Assembly (NCBI GenBank): GCA_963926275.1
Contig: CAWUWP010000018.1
Span: 1-44,962, forward strand
Length of the DNA stretch: 44,962 bases
Direction: 5' to 3'
Source: an uncultured Gammaproteobacteria bacterium
GTDB taxonomy: Bacteria; Pseudomonadota; Gammaproteobacteria; UBA4575
Both the position numbers and the translations under genes were made by a program. Numbering within the stretch: position 1 is the first letter of the stretch; each line of letters starts with the position of its first letter. The notes beneath the pieces were generated by a model. That model made no database searches and was not told the DNA's origin. It worked only from the letters and a program-made list of their open reading frames with translations. Of the stretch, positions 10,130-20,227 are shown one piece after another.

Positions 10130-10350
10130 TCTATAGTAAAAAATTCATTAATTTTATTACCTATACGTTGTACGCACTTTGTGCGGCGGTATTACTGGTA
10201 GATGTGTTTCACCACAAGCACGGACATTTTGAATTTGAGGAATGGTTTGGCTTTTATGCCTTGTATGGCTTTATCTCTTACATGGTCATCGTGCTGTCTG
10301 CTAAACAGCTGCGCAAAATATTAAAACGCGATGAGGACTACTATGATTGA
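10126..10350 (+). CDS. Small two-TM membrane protein with a His-rich loop, embedded in the mrp operon
   Basis: 74 aa. The ATG overlaps the upstream stop (ATGA), and its own stop overlaps the next gene's start region. It has two hydrophobic helices flanking HHKHGHFEFEEW. I recognise no family. Confidence 0.55.
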   Translation: MIYSKKFINFITYTLYALCAAVLLVDVFHHKHGHFEFEEWFGFYALYGFISYMVIVLSAKQLRKILKRDEDYYD

Positions 10351-12052
10351 TTTCTTTTTGAATGATTTCATAAACCACCCAGGTATTATTTTAATTCTTG
10401 GTGGTATCGCAATGATGTTTATGCCAGGTAACATGCGTCGCATTGTTACCTTTGCATTGCCGCTACTCGCGTTAGCCGGTTTTCTAAGCTACCCCGATGA
10501 TCTTATTCTCACTATTAATGCATTTGGCTACACTCTGGATCCGATACGCATTGATGGCTTAAGTTGGATTTTCACATTAATTTTTATTATTGCTTCGTTT
10601 CTCGCAGCCGTATATTCGCTACATAGCTCTAATAAGACCGAACAATCCACCATTGCTATTTATGCCGGTTCAGCCATTGGTGCAGTACTCGCTGGTGACT
10701 TATTAACGCTATTTATCTTTTGGGAAATTAGCGCACTATCTTCAACCATAATTATTTGGGCTGGGGGTCGCAATCAATCCCAGCAAGCGGGTATGCGTTA
10801 CCTGCTCATTCATATCACCTCTGGCTTGTTACTAATGTTGGGCAGTATTCTTCACTACCAGCAGACAGGATCTATTTTATTCAATGCCATGACCATTGAT
10901 ACGCTGTCAGGCTTATTAATATTTTTAGCATTTGGCATTAAGTGTGCCTTCCCACTGATGCATAACTGGTTACAAGATGCTTATCCACAAGCAAGTCCAG
11001 TAGGCACCGTGGCACTATCCGCCTTTACTACCAAATTAGCCGTGTACTGCTTAGCGCGAGCCTATGCTGGCACAGAATCACTGATCTGGATTGGCGCTAT
11101 CATGACGGTCTTCCCTATCTTTTTTGCGGTGTTAGAGAACGACTTACGCAAAGTGCTTTCGTATAGTTTAAATAACCAGCTTGGCTTTATGGTGGTGGGC
11201 GTTGGAATAGGTACAGAACTGGCACTTAATGGTACGGCAGCCCACGCGTTCAGCCACATCTTATACAAAGCGTTGTTATTCATGAGCATGGGTGCTGTGT
11301 TACATCGCGTTGGAACAACGAAAGCATCTGAGCTAGGTGGTTTATACAAATCGATGCCATGGACCACCGTCTTTTGCATTATTGGTGCTATGTCGATTTC
11401 AGCATTTCCATTGTTTAGTGGCTTCATTTCTAAAGGCATTATCTTATATGCCGTGGCCGAAGAAGGTCACTGGATTATTTGGCTAGTGTTATTGTTTGCT
11501 TCTGCGGGTGTATTGGATCACTCAGGGATTAAAGTGCCTTTCTTCAGTTTCTTCGCACATGACCAACACCATAAATGCAAAGAAGCACCTTTGAACATGT
11601 TATTAGCCATGGGCATGACTGCGGCGGCTTGTATATTGATTGGTATATTCCCGAGTGTATTATATCAATGGCTACCTCATGAAATGGATTTTCATCCTTA
11701 TACTTTTGACCACATCATTACTCAGCTACAGTTGCTATTCTTTGCTGCACTAGCCTTTGTAGTGCTATTCAGAAATGGTTGGTATCCAGCAGAAATAAAA
11801 TCTATCAATTTAGATTTTGATTGGTTATATCGCAAACCACTTAATCACCTAGTTGCTGCCATGGCAACTGGCTTTATCTCACTACTAGCTGGCGTACAAA
11901 ATTTCAAGCACAACAGTCTTAAAATTATGACAGCATTTGCTTTTCAGGCGCATGGCCCTAAGAGCTCAATTGCACGTGGGACATCAGTGGGAAATATGGT
12001 GATTTGGGTAGCAGTACTCCTTAGTGCTTGCTTGGTGTTTTATTACATTTGA
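10331..12052 (+). CDS. NuoL/MrpA-N-terminal-like proton-conducting membrane subunit (third antiporter-like subunit)
   Basis: 573 aa (569 aa from the alternative ATG at 10343). It has the Proton_antipo_M core (FWEISALSS, MHNWLQDAYPQASPVGT, LSYSLNNQLGFMV, HILYKALLFMSMG). It is longer than the two D-type copies and lacks the MrpA C-terminal domain, which is encoded separately at 5896-6411. Confidence 0.8.
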   Translation: MRTTMIDFFLNDFINHPGIILILGGIAMMFMPGNMRRIVTFALPLLALAGFLSYPDDLILTINAFGYTLDPIRIDGLSWIFTLIFIIASFLAAVYSLHSSNKTEQSTIAIYAGSAIGAVLAGDLLTLFIFWEISALSSTIIIWAGGRNQSQQAGMRYLLIHITSGLLLMLGSILHYQQTGSILFNAMTIDTLSGLLIFLAFGIKCAFPLMHNWLQDAYPQASPVGTVALSAFTTKLAVYCLARAYAGTESLIWIGAIMTVFPIFFAVLENDLRKVLSYSLNNQLGFMVVGVGIGTELALNGTAAHAFSHILYKALLFMSMGAVLHRVGTTKASELGGLYKSMPWTTVFCIIGAMSISAFPLFSGFISKGIILYAVAEEGHWIIWLVLLFASAGVLDHSGIKVPFFSFFAHDQHHKCKEAPLNMLLAMGMTAAACILIGIFPSVLYQWLPHEMDFHPYTFDHIITQLQLLFFAALAFVVLFRNGWYPAEIKSINLDFDWLYRKPLNHLVAAMATGFISLLAGVQNFKHNSLKIMTAFAFQAHGPKSSIARGTSVGNMVIWVAVLLSACLVFYYI

Positions 12053-12344
12053 TATCACGAAATGAGCTCAAGTGATATTCGCAGCATTAACATCATACAA
12101 CGCAGGCGAAGTAACATCGATCAAATCAAATAATTAAGCTGGATATATAGCCATTATCACCACCATTTACCCCACAAAATAATTTTTACTAATAAGAGCA
12201 TATAGTATTGTGACCCCTTCCATTTACAGCTTAAAAACCTAAAAATTAAATTGCTAACCATGCTTTAGCCCATAAAGTAATGATACAAGTGTCGACATTA
12301 GTGAGAGTGTGTTTACTTTATGATGCTATATCTAATTCCCACTA

Positions 12345-13250
12345 TTAATTATGCTCAAGATGTATCCAGAACCCTTTCAAACATAAATCTTCAATTGATA
12401 TTGGTGTAAGTTCTCGTGATAATTTCTTGTGGATAGTTTCTATTTTTTTTTGGTCAAACTCACCCAGTGAAGTAAGCTTTTTTATTTTAAGCTTTGACTC
12501 TTTTGCCAGCTGCTTGTACTTCGTCAGTCTCCATCTATTAGGAAAACTTTTATGACCATACATTAACTGATAAATAGATTATGGCCAGGTCAAAAAATCT
12601 AAATCCGTAGATCTATCTAAACCCAAGCTTCTCAAGTCAACCTGATGAATAGATATCCCTCCTTGTTTCAAGCTTCTTTTAATGTCTTGAAAAGTATTGC
12701 CTATATCATTTACATGCTGAAGAACAGCGCGAGATAATATCAAATCATATATATCTGATTCTCGAGATACGCCGTCTTTAGTAATCTTATATTTAATACA
12801 GTCATTATTAATTCCACTTTCTGGCTTGCCATCTATATTAAAAGCTTTATTCGCACGAGCTCTCTTACTATCGTCAAGAGAACTTAGAATGTGCCTGTAA
12901 ACTTCGATATTAAACGTAGATAGATTTGATAACTCAAATTTATCTATGCAATGAACTTCTTTTGCACCATATGCGTAGCATAACAAAGCCAGTCCCATCA
13001 TATCTCCAGGCCCATATTCCATTACTATTTTCCCCACCAGATACTGGCCAAATTCCTTTTCACTTAAGTTAAGGAATTCATGATATTCATGGAAACATTT
13101 TATAAAATAATTTGCTACCTCAAGAGCATATTTTTTCTCTAGACCCTCGACCAGTTTGATGTGTCAAGTTCACATAAGCCTTTGGCGCAAATTTAGCTAA
13201 TTGATTGCTAAGTACTGACTTGTTGAATAACTGAATATCCTTGATGACAC
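12345..13250 (-). pseudogene. Decayed class I SAM-dependent methyltransferase
   Basis: The minus-strand fragments 12579-13037 (SAM motif I: VMEYGPGD) and 12345-12563 are in the same frame. They are separated only by an in-frame TAA (complement of 12579-12581). The N-terminal part (..VIKDIQLFNKSVLSNQLAKFAPKAYVNLTHQTGRG..) lies in a different frame upstream of about 13140, with no usable start codon. The region is very AT-rich. Confidence 0.7.
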
Positions 13251-13413
13251 TTTAGGAATGCATATCTTTCACCACATACAATATTAAAGGTTGATACTAC
13301 ATTTGATTGTTACTGAGTCTCCTCAAATCTAAGTCACATATTAGCAATAACAAATAAGTATTTTATATTTACAAGTATAATTCAACTGTTAAGTGCGATT
13401 TAATACCTGACGA

Positions 13414-13836
13414 CTAATGTAAACTTGGATTTATTTTCACTTCTGAGTCGGTAAAAGCTGGACTTGCATGATGGGCTATCATCTTCCAACCATTTTCAGT
13501 TTGCTGGTAAATGTTAGTCGCAAACACAGAAGCAACAGGTTTATCGTTGACTGATAACGTTTCTTTTACATAATGGATTGACGTATCGTCTTGAAGTTTA
13601 TATACCGCGTCACTGATTTCTATCATGGTACCGGCCTTAGCTGAAAATATTTTCTCCCAACTTGCTATAATCAGTTCAAAGCTATAAATTCTTGAGGACC
13701 CTGGATGTATGCAAATAACCTCATCGGTTTTATCCCATACGTCTTTCATCAAGTCGACACTGCGATTTCTAAATGCTTGGTAAAAGGACTCTTCTACCTG
13801 CAATGAATCAGTAAAATTAATATCTAAGTCTTTCAA
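13414..13836 (-). CDS. NTF2-fold protein (SnoaL-like/DUF4440 family)
   Basis: 140 aa. It shows the typical pattern VEESFYQAFRNRSVDLMKDVW ... GWKMIAHHASP. TTG is the only available start because TAA TAA lies immediately upstream in frame. AAGAGG sits 8 nt upstream of the start. Confidence 0.72.
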   Translation of the reverse strand: MKDLDINFTDSLQVEESFYQAFRNRSVDLMKDVWDKTDEVICIHPGSSRIYSFELIIASWEKIFSAKAGTMIEISDAVYKLQDDTSIHYVKETLSVNDKPVASVFATNIYQQTENGWKMIAHHASPAFTDSEVKINPSLH

Positions 13837-13841
13837 GCAAT

Positions 13842-14177
13842 ATGCCTCTTATTAAACTTTGTGATTTTAATGAATTAAGTGATGTTGATTCACGAGGTTT
13901 TGTTATATCAGAGTTCTCGCCTGCGCGTAATATTTTTATTGTCCGTAATAAAGACAATATCGTCGGTTATGAAAATAGCTGCCCACATAGCCTTGCACCC
14001 TTGGATTGGTCTCCTGATGTATTTTTGAATTATGAGAAAGACTATATCCAATGCTCCCATCATGGTGCTTTATTCGAAATAGAAAATGGTCATTGTATTT
14101 ATGGCCCCTGTACGGGGGAATCTTTAACTACGGTAGAAGTTATGATTACCGATGGGATTGTTTATGCTTATTTGTAG
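13842..14177 (+). CDS. Small Rieske (2Fe-2S) domain protein
   Basis: 111 aa with Rieske ligand motifs CPH (CPHSLAPLDW) and CxxH (CSHHGALF), followed by GHCIYGPC. Confidence 0.85.
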   Translation: MPLIKLCDFNELSDVDSRGFVISEFSPARNIFIVRNKDNIVGYENSCPHSLAPLDWSPDVFLNYEKDYIQCSHHGALFEIENGHCIYGPCTGESLTTVEVMITDGIVYAYL

Positions 14178-14293
14178 AATAGCCACTTATCATTACCTCG
14201 ACAGCTTTACTTGATTTCCACTTTTTCTGGAAATAACCTCGCCTATCCAGTAATGATGTGATTGATTCAAGAATAAGAATATAGACTAAAGAT

Positions 14294-15199
14294 ATGTCAT
14301 TACTTAAACGCTATTTCCCACTGTTAGTCATTATTATGAGTGCTTTTGCTTATTTTTGGCCTGACTGGTTAGTGAGCCAAAAGTCTTTAATTGTCTATTT
14401 ACTCGGGGCTGTGATGTTTTGCATGGGTTCATCTCTCACCCTGAATGATTTCCTACGCGCCATACAGCGTTACCCGCTATTATTGTTTGCTCTGGTATTA
14501 CAGTTTGGTTTTATGCCACTCATTGCTTGGCAATTAAGCTCATTAGCAGGACTATCGACTGCTCTCACTGCTGGTATGATTTTAGTCGGTAGTGTGCCGG
14601 GTGGCACTGCCTCAAATGTAATTTGTTATATCAGCAAGGCTGATGTTGCTCTTTCGATTACACTCACCGCTATCAGTACGTGTCTTGCGATAGTAATGAC
14701 ACCATTACTGGCCTACGTTTACCTTAGTCATACTGTTGAGGTGGACACCTTCAATATGATGAAAAGTATTTTTTACATCGTGGTTCTACCGGTTGGATTA
14801 GGCGTATTGCTTAATCAGACACTTCATCGGTTCATTTTCCCGATACAGCAGTTTGGCGCAGATATTTCTATTCTGATTATTTGCTTTATTATCGCGATAA
14901 TAATTGCACTGAATAAGAATAACTTATTGATTGTTAGCCCTATTTTAGTCTGTTTAGTACTTGCCCATAATCTATCAGGCCTGATATTAGGCTATTTTAC
15001 AACGTTGCTAATTACCCGCAACAAGATATTAAGCAAAACCATTGCTATCGAGGTGGGTATGCAAAACTCTGGACTGGCCGTGACTCTGGCAGTAAAATTC
15101 TTTGGTGCTTCTAGCGCATTACCAGGCGCACTATTTTCTATCATCCATAATGTGACGGGTTCTTTACTCGCCCGCTATTGGGCGAAAAAATCACATTAA
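14294..15199 (+). CDS. Bile acid:sodium symporter (BASS/SBF) family transporter
   Basis: 301 aa, polytopic. The motifs GMILVGSVPGGTASNV and EVGMQNSGLA are characteristic of the SBF family. Confidence 0.82.
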   Translation: MSLLKRYFPLLVIIMSAFAYFWPDWLVSQKSLIVYLLGAVMFCMGSSLTLNDFLRAIQRYPLLLFALVLQFGFMPLIAWQLSSLAGLSTALTAGMILVGSVPGGTASNVICYISKADVALSITLTAISTCLAIVMTPLLAYVYLSHTVEVDTFNMMKSIFYIVVLPVGLGVLLNQTLHRFIFPIQQFGADISILIICFIIAIIIALNKNNLLIVSPILVCLVLAHNLSGLILGYFTTLLITRNKILSKTIAIEVGMQNSGLAVTLAVKFFGASSALPGALFSIIHNVTGSLLARYWAKKSH

Positions 15200-15211
15200 A
15201 TATATATACTT

Positions 15212-15499
15212 ATGAATACAGTTACTGCAAATACATTGGTTTTACTTGGCTGGGGCATTACTGCTGCAATGGTCTATAGCCTATTAAGCGGGCCTTTTGA
15301 TGGCCGCATGTGTGAATCTACCTGCTTCAGCATGCTCTATTGGGGCGCTTTGGTATTAGCCGTGTGTGGAACGCTGCTCAGCTTAATGCAGGCGTTTAAG
15401 CCTAACTCAGGAATATTCAGTAAACTTGGATTGCTGTTTGGACTGTTATTGACGGCAATATTAATTGGCGTCATGGTGATTGGCTCTATGGGTGGTTAA
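15212..15499 (+). CDS. Small hypothetical membrane protein (about 3 TM helices)
   Basis: 95 aa, almost entirely hydrophobic helices. It starts 12 nt after the BASS gene. I recognise no family. Confidence 0.5.
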   Translation: MNTVTANTLVLLGWGITAAMVYSLLSGPFDGRMCESTCFSMLYWGALVLAVCGTLLSLMQAFKPNSGIFSKLGLLFGLLLTAILIGVMVIGSMGG

Positions 15500-15514
15500 T
15501 ACTCACAATAATAA

Positions 15515-17590
15515 TTAGGCATTAGCATATTCCACTGCATTGCCTAACCATCGCCTAAGTACTGTCTCTACTCTTTCTGGGTGATTCTCTAGTAGCCAGT
15601 GTGCCGCTTTTTGTACATCGGGTAAAAGAGCGAGGTCTTTACTTAAATTAGCAATACGCATCTGCATATCACCCGACTGCTTGGTACCTAGTACTTCTCC
15701 GGGACCACGTATTTCTAAGTCGATACGCGCTAATTCAAATCCATCTGTTGTTTCTCGCAGTGCTTCTATTCGTTTCTTAGCCACATCACCCAATGGTGCT
15801 TTATATAACAGCACACAACTACTTTGTTTTTCGCCACGACCGACTCGCCCACGCAACTGATGCAATTGAGCCAAACCAAAGCGCTCTGCATTTTCTATCA
15901 CCATTAAGCTCGCATTGGGCACGTCTACCCCTACTTCGATAACTGTTGTCGCGACCAGTACATTAATTTTTTTGTTTATGAAATCTTGCATCACAGAATC
16001 TTTTTCAGCAGATTTTAAGCGCCCATGTAGCAGACCAATGTTTAAATCTGTTAATTGCGTTTGAAGATATACATGGGTATCAGTCGCTGCCTGACTTTGT
16101 AGTACATCTGATTCTTCTATCAAACTACACACCCAATATACTTGTGCGCCATGCTGACAATTCTCACGTATGCGTTCAACTATATCGTCACGTCTAGATT
16201 CAGCAATGGCGACTGTTGTGATTGGTTTTCTTCCTGGCGGCAATTCATCAATGACTGAATAATCCAAATGCGCATACATACTCATCGCTAAAGTGCGCGG
16301 AATAGGCGTGGCTGTCATCGTTAGCTGATGCGGATAGACTGTATCTTCGGAACCTTTTTGTGTGAGTTGCAAACGTTGTTGTACACCAAAACGATGTTGC
16401 TCATCGGTGATGCTGACAGCTAAGTTTTTAAATTCAACGCCATCTTGAAATAATGCATGGGTACCCACAACAACAGATGCAGTCCCTGTCGAAATCAGCC
16501 CAAGCATTTCTCTTTTCTTTTTAGCTGGCAAGCCAGATGCTAACCAGGCGACTTGAATGCCGAGTGGTAACAGCTGATTTGTAAAGTAACGAAAATGCTG
16601 CTCAGCTAGTAATTCAGTCGGCGCCATGATGGCGGCTTGATATTGATTCTCTACTGCATATAAACACGCCACTAATGCGACCACTGTTTTACCGCTACCC
16701 ACATCTCCTTGCACCAATCGCATCATCGGATGATCTACGCTCATATCTTTTTTAATTTCAGCTAATACTTTCGCTTGAGCATTAGTGAGCTTAAATGGCA
16801 AATTTTTCATAAACGGTTTTACTAGAGCGCCGCTTGATTTTAATGGGTAACCTTTACGAAGATTAGTGCGCAATCGTATTTTCATAATACTTAAGTGATG
16901 TGCTAACAGCTCATCAAAGACTAATTTTTTTTGTGCAGGATGCTGCCTGTCAAACAGCGCTTGCTTATCTACGTCAGCACGAGGCTTATGGACTTCATTT
17001 AACATTTCCAGTATTGGTTTACTCTCATCTGGCATGCCATGCATATCTCTCAACACATCTTCAAATACAGTTTTTTGTTTTTCTGCCCAGTTAAGTGCTT
17101 TATCAACTAATGTCAGTACACGCTTTTGCTGCAACCCTTTAGTCAATGGATATACCGGCTCAAGACGATCGGAAAGTGTGACTATTTCATTTTCTGCAAG
17201 CACTCGATACTGCGGATGTATCATTTCAATTCTATTGCCTGAACGGCGTGGCCCACCGAAACACAATACGCGCTTACCATCGGAAAGCCCCTTTAACTGA
17301 CTACTACTAAAATGAAAGAAACGCAGGCTAATCTCACCAGTGTCATCAATTAATGTCGCTGTCATCATACGACGACGTCCAAAAACGACTTTCGCGTTAT
17401 AAACCTGACCAATTACCTGCAGTTCTTTATCACAAGCAATATCAGAAATATTAGTAATAACTGTACGGTCGTTATAACGTAGTGGTAAATGAAAAAGCAG
17501 ATCGAATATTGTGAAGATATTTAGCTTAGCTAAATTTTCAATCGCCTTAGGTGTAATGCCTGGCAGGTCTTTTATTGCGCTCACAATCAA
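15515..17590 (-). CDS. recG: ATP-dependent DNA helicase RecG
   Basis: 691 aa with an N-terminal wedge/OB domain. Helicase motifs include Walker A (GDVGSGKT), DEQHRFGV, TATPIPRTL and QLHQLRGRVGRG. Confidence 0.95.
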   Translation of the reverse strand: MIVSAIKDLPGITPKAIENLAKLNIFTIFDLLFHLPLRYNDRTVITNISDIACDKELQVIGQVYNAKVVFGRRRMMTATLIDDTGEISLRFFHFSSSQLKGLSDGKRVLCFGGPRRSGNRIEMIHPQYRVLAENEIVTLSDRLEPVYPLTKGLQQKRVLTLVDKALNWAEKQKTVFEDVLRDMHGMPDESKPILEMLNEVHKPRADVDKQALFDRQHPAQKKLVFDELLAHHLSIMKIRLRTNLRKGYPLKSSGALVKPFMKNLPFKLTNAQAKVLAEIKKDMSVDHPMMRLVQGDVGSGKTVVALVACLYAVENQYQAAIMAPTELLAEQHFRYFTNQLLPLGIQVAWLASGLPAKKKREMLGLISTGTASVVVGTHALFQDGVEFKNLAVSITDEQHRFGVQQRLQLTQKGSEDTVYPHQLTMTATPIPRTLAMSMYAHLDYSVIDELPPGRKPITTVAIAESRRDDIVERIRENCQHGAQVYWVCSLIEESDVLQSQAATDTHVYLQTQLTDLNIGLLHGRLKSAEKDSVMQDFINKKINVLVATTVIEVGVDVPNASLMVIENAERFGLAQLHQLRGRVGRGEKQSSCVLLYKAPLGDVAKKRIEALRETTDGFELARIDLEIRGPGEVLGTKQSGDMQMRIANLSKDLALLPDVQKAAHWLLENHPERVETVLRRWLGNAVEYANA

Positions 17591-17605
17591 ATATGCTGTT
17601 TCTTT

Positions 17606-17986
17606 CTACAGTTCTAATACCGCATCCATTTCTACTTGAGCACCTTTAGGTAATGACGCAACTCCAATGGCAGCACGTGCAGGATAAGGTTGCTTAAAGT
17701 AAGTCGACATAATTTCATTCACTGTAGGGAAGCAGGATAGCTCTGTTAAAAAAATATTCAGTTTCACAATGTTATCGAATGACCCACCCGCTGCTTCTGC
17801 GACAGCTAATAGATTATCAAAGACCCGCTTAATTTGATCGTCTATACCACCATCAACTAACTCCATAGTTTCTGGATCTAAAGGAATTTGACCTGACATA
17901 TAAACTGTTGTCCCTACTTTTACCGCTTGTGAGTACGTGCCAATAGCTTGCGGCGCACGATCCGTTGCTATGATCGTTTTATTCAT
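17606..17986 (-). CDS. ridA: RidA/YjgF-family reactive-intermediate deaminase
   Basis: 126 aa. [12 protein letters not shown]...[10 protein letters not shown]...[20 protein letters not shown] is the canonical RidA pattern. Confidence 0.9.
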   Translation of the reverse strand: MNKTIIATDRAPQAIGTYSQAVKVGTTVYMSGQIPLDPETMELVDGGIDDQIKRVFDNLLAVAEAAGGSFDNIVKLNIFLTELSCFPTVNEIMSTYFKQPYPARAAIGVASLPKGAQVEMDAVLEL

Positions 17987-18021
17987 AGTGTTCTCCTTAA
18001 ATGAAATTAAACCGTTAATTA

Positions 18022-20205
18022 TTATCCGCGCATGCGTGAGGCTTTGAGCACATTGGCATTACCACGAAGTGTTCGAATAATACTCGCAAGTTGCTTGCGG
18101 TCGCGAACACCTATTGCAAATGTAATCGTAGTGCTCTTACCATCTTTATCTTCGAAAATAATATCATCAATATTCGATCCCGCCGCGGCAATACGCGCGG
18201 CAAGTTTTGCTAGCACCCCACGCTGATTGATTGTCTCAACTCGCACAGTTGCCACAAAATCTTGCTCATGAGCCTCTGCCCACGACACCGTAACCCACTT
18301 GTCTTTAAATGCATTCTTACGATCAACATTGCGGCATCTTTCTCTATGAATCACCAAGCCTTTACCCGATGTCATAATACCTATAATTTGATCACCCGGA
18401 ATGGGGCTGCAGCACTTACCAAAATTAACAACCACACCTTCAGTACCACGTATTGCCAATGGTATTTTCTTACCTGATTGTTTCTTATGCTTAGGTTTAA
18501 CTTCTTCAACACCTAATAAGCTTTGTATCATTAATTCAGCAACGCGCTCGCCCAATCCAATTTCTGCATATAAATCTTCGACTGAACTAAGATTAGTCGT
18601 CGCCAGTAATTTATCAATATCTTTTTTGTTAACTTGACTGAATGATCGGTCATAAGTTGAGAATGATTTTTTAAATAATCGTTCACCAAGTTTGATTGCT
18701 TCTTCTCTCTGTAAATTCTTGAGGTAGTGCCGTACATTAACTCTAGCTTTATTAGTTGCTACAAAGTTTAGCCAACTAGTCTTAGGCCGTGCTGTTGGTG
18801 TTGATATCACTTCTATTGTTTGTCCATTCTCCAAGCGAATACTTAACGGTGAAATCCTTCTATCCACTTTTACTGCAACACAGGTATTGCCCAAATCTGA
18901 ATGTACTGCATAAGCAAAATCAACTGCCGAGCTACCGCGTGGCAGTACAATAATATCGCCCGCTGGGGTGAATACATAGATTTCATCTGGGAATAAATCG
19001 ACTTTAACACTCTCCAAAAACTCCATGGAGTTGCCTGTGTTTTGCTGGATCTCCATAATCTCAGCGATCCATTTGCGCGTACTTGCAGGAGCAATTAGCG
19101 TGCCTGACTTTTGATCTTGTGCTTTATAAATCCAATGAGCTGCAACCCCTGCCTCAGCAATCATATCCATTTCTTCTGTTCTTATTTGCACCTCAATAAC
19201 TATTCCTTTCGGCCCAAATAAAATTGTATGAATTGATTGATATCCATTCTTCTTTGGAATAGCAATGTAATCTTTGAATTTCCCTGGCACAGGTTTATAT
19301 AAATTATGCACAAAACCCATCGTGCGATAGCAAGTATCTATATCTTTGACCAATAAGCGAATTGCATAAACATCATATACTTCTGAGAATGGGATGCTTT
19401 TTGCTCGCATTTTTTTATAAATGCTATAGAGGTTTTTTTCTCTCCCAAAAATTCTACTTTCTATGTTGGCATTTTCCAGTTGATCACATATAGATGTCTC
19501 AACTTCCCGCATAATTTGTTTGCGATTTTTTTGGCTTTTCTTGACTGCATTATCTAGCGCACCATAGCGCATTGGATACATCGCTTGAAATGCTAAATGT
19601 TCAAGTTCAACTCTAACTTTATGCATGCCTAAGCGTTGCGCGTTAGGGACATAAATATCTAAAGTTTCTTTAGCAATGCGGCGTTTTTTCTCACTACGCA
19701 TTATTCCGATAGTTCTTAAATTATGTAATCGGTCGGCGAGCTTAATAATAATGATACGAATATCTCGTACCATCGCTAACATCATTTTACGAAAGTTTTC
19801 GGCCTGCGCTTCTGCACGTGATGAAAATGTTAAGTGGGTTAACTTACTGACACCATCAACTAGTTCAGCCACATCCTCACCGAACTTTTCTTTAATTTGC
19901 TCTTTGGCAGTTGGCGTATCTTCGATGACATCGTGCAAAATTGCTGCAGTAATACTTTGAAAATCAAGACGCATTTCCGCCATGATTTTTGCAACCGCTA
20001 AGGGGTGATATATATAGGGTTCACCTGTTAAGCGCTTTTGCCCTTCATGGGCTTCAGCGCTAAACAAATATGCGTTATAGACATGTTTGACTTGCGCTGG
20101 CTCTAAATATGAATCTAGTAATTCACATAGCTCGCTTATCAAGAACCGCGTTGGATTAACGGCGTTTAATGAAGAACTTGAATTCGGAGTGACCGCCGTC
20201 GCCAT
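18022..20205 (-). CDS. spoT: Bifunctional (p)ppGpp synthetase/hydrolase, SpoT/RelA (RSH) family
   Basis: 727 aa. It has an HD hydrolase domain ([11 protein letters not shown]), a synthetase domain (YQSIHT, VEVQIRT), and TGS and ACT C-terminal domains. Its position directly after rpoZ matches spoT. Confidence 0.92.
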   Translation of the reverse strand: MATAVTPNSSSSLNAVNPTRFLISELCELLDSYLEPAQVKHVYNAYLFSAEAHEGQKRLTGEPYIYHPLAVAKIMAEMRLDFQSITAAILHDVIEDTPTAKEQIKEKFGEDVAELVDGVSKLTHLTFSSRAEAQAENFRKMMLAMVRDIRIIIIKLADRLHNLRTIGIMRSEKKRRIAKETLDIYVPNAQRLGMHKVRVELEHLAFQAMYPMRYGALDNAVKKSQKNRKQIMREVETSICDQLENANIESRIFGREKNLYSIYKKMRAKSIPFSEVYDVYAIRLLVKDIDTCYRTMGFVHNLYKPVPGKFKDYIAIPKKNGYQSIHTILFGPKGIVIEVQIRTEEMDMIAEAGVAAHWIYKAQDQKSGTLIAPASTRKWIAEIMEIQQNTGNSMEFLESVKVDLFPDEIYVFTPAGDIIVLPRGSSAVDFAYAVHSDLGNTCVAVKVDRRISPLSIRLENGQTIEVISTPTARPKTSWLNFVATNKARVNVRHYLKNLQREEAIKLGERLFKKSFSTYDRSFSQVNKKDIDKLLATTNLSSVEDLYAEIGLGERVAELMIQSLLGVEEVKPKHKKQSGKKIPLAIRGTEGVVVNFGKCCSPIPGDQIIGIMTSGKGLVIHRERCRNVDRKNAFKDKWVTVSWAEAHEQDFVATVRVETINQRGVLAKLAARIAAAGSNIDDIIFEDKDGKSTTITFAIGVRDRKQLASIIRTLRGNANVLKASRMRG

Positions 20206-20227
20206 ATAAAACTAAACCAATAGGGTA

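Noticed and set aside
12052-12085. A hairpin (GATATCAC ... GTGATAT) sits immediately after the last mrp gene and could be an operon terminator.
   Set aside because: The stem is only 7 bp, with a 13-nt loop and no downstream T-tract. That is not convincing as an intrinsic terminator.
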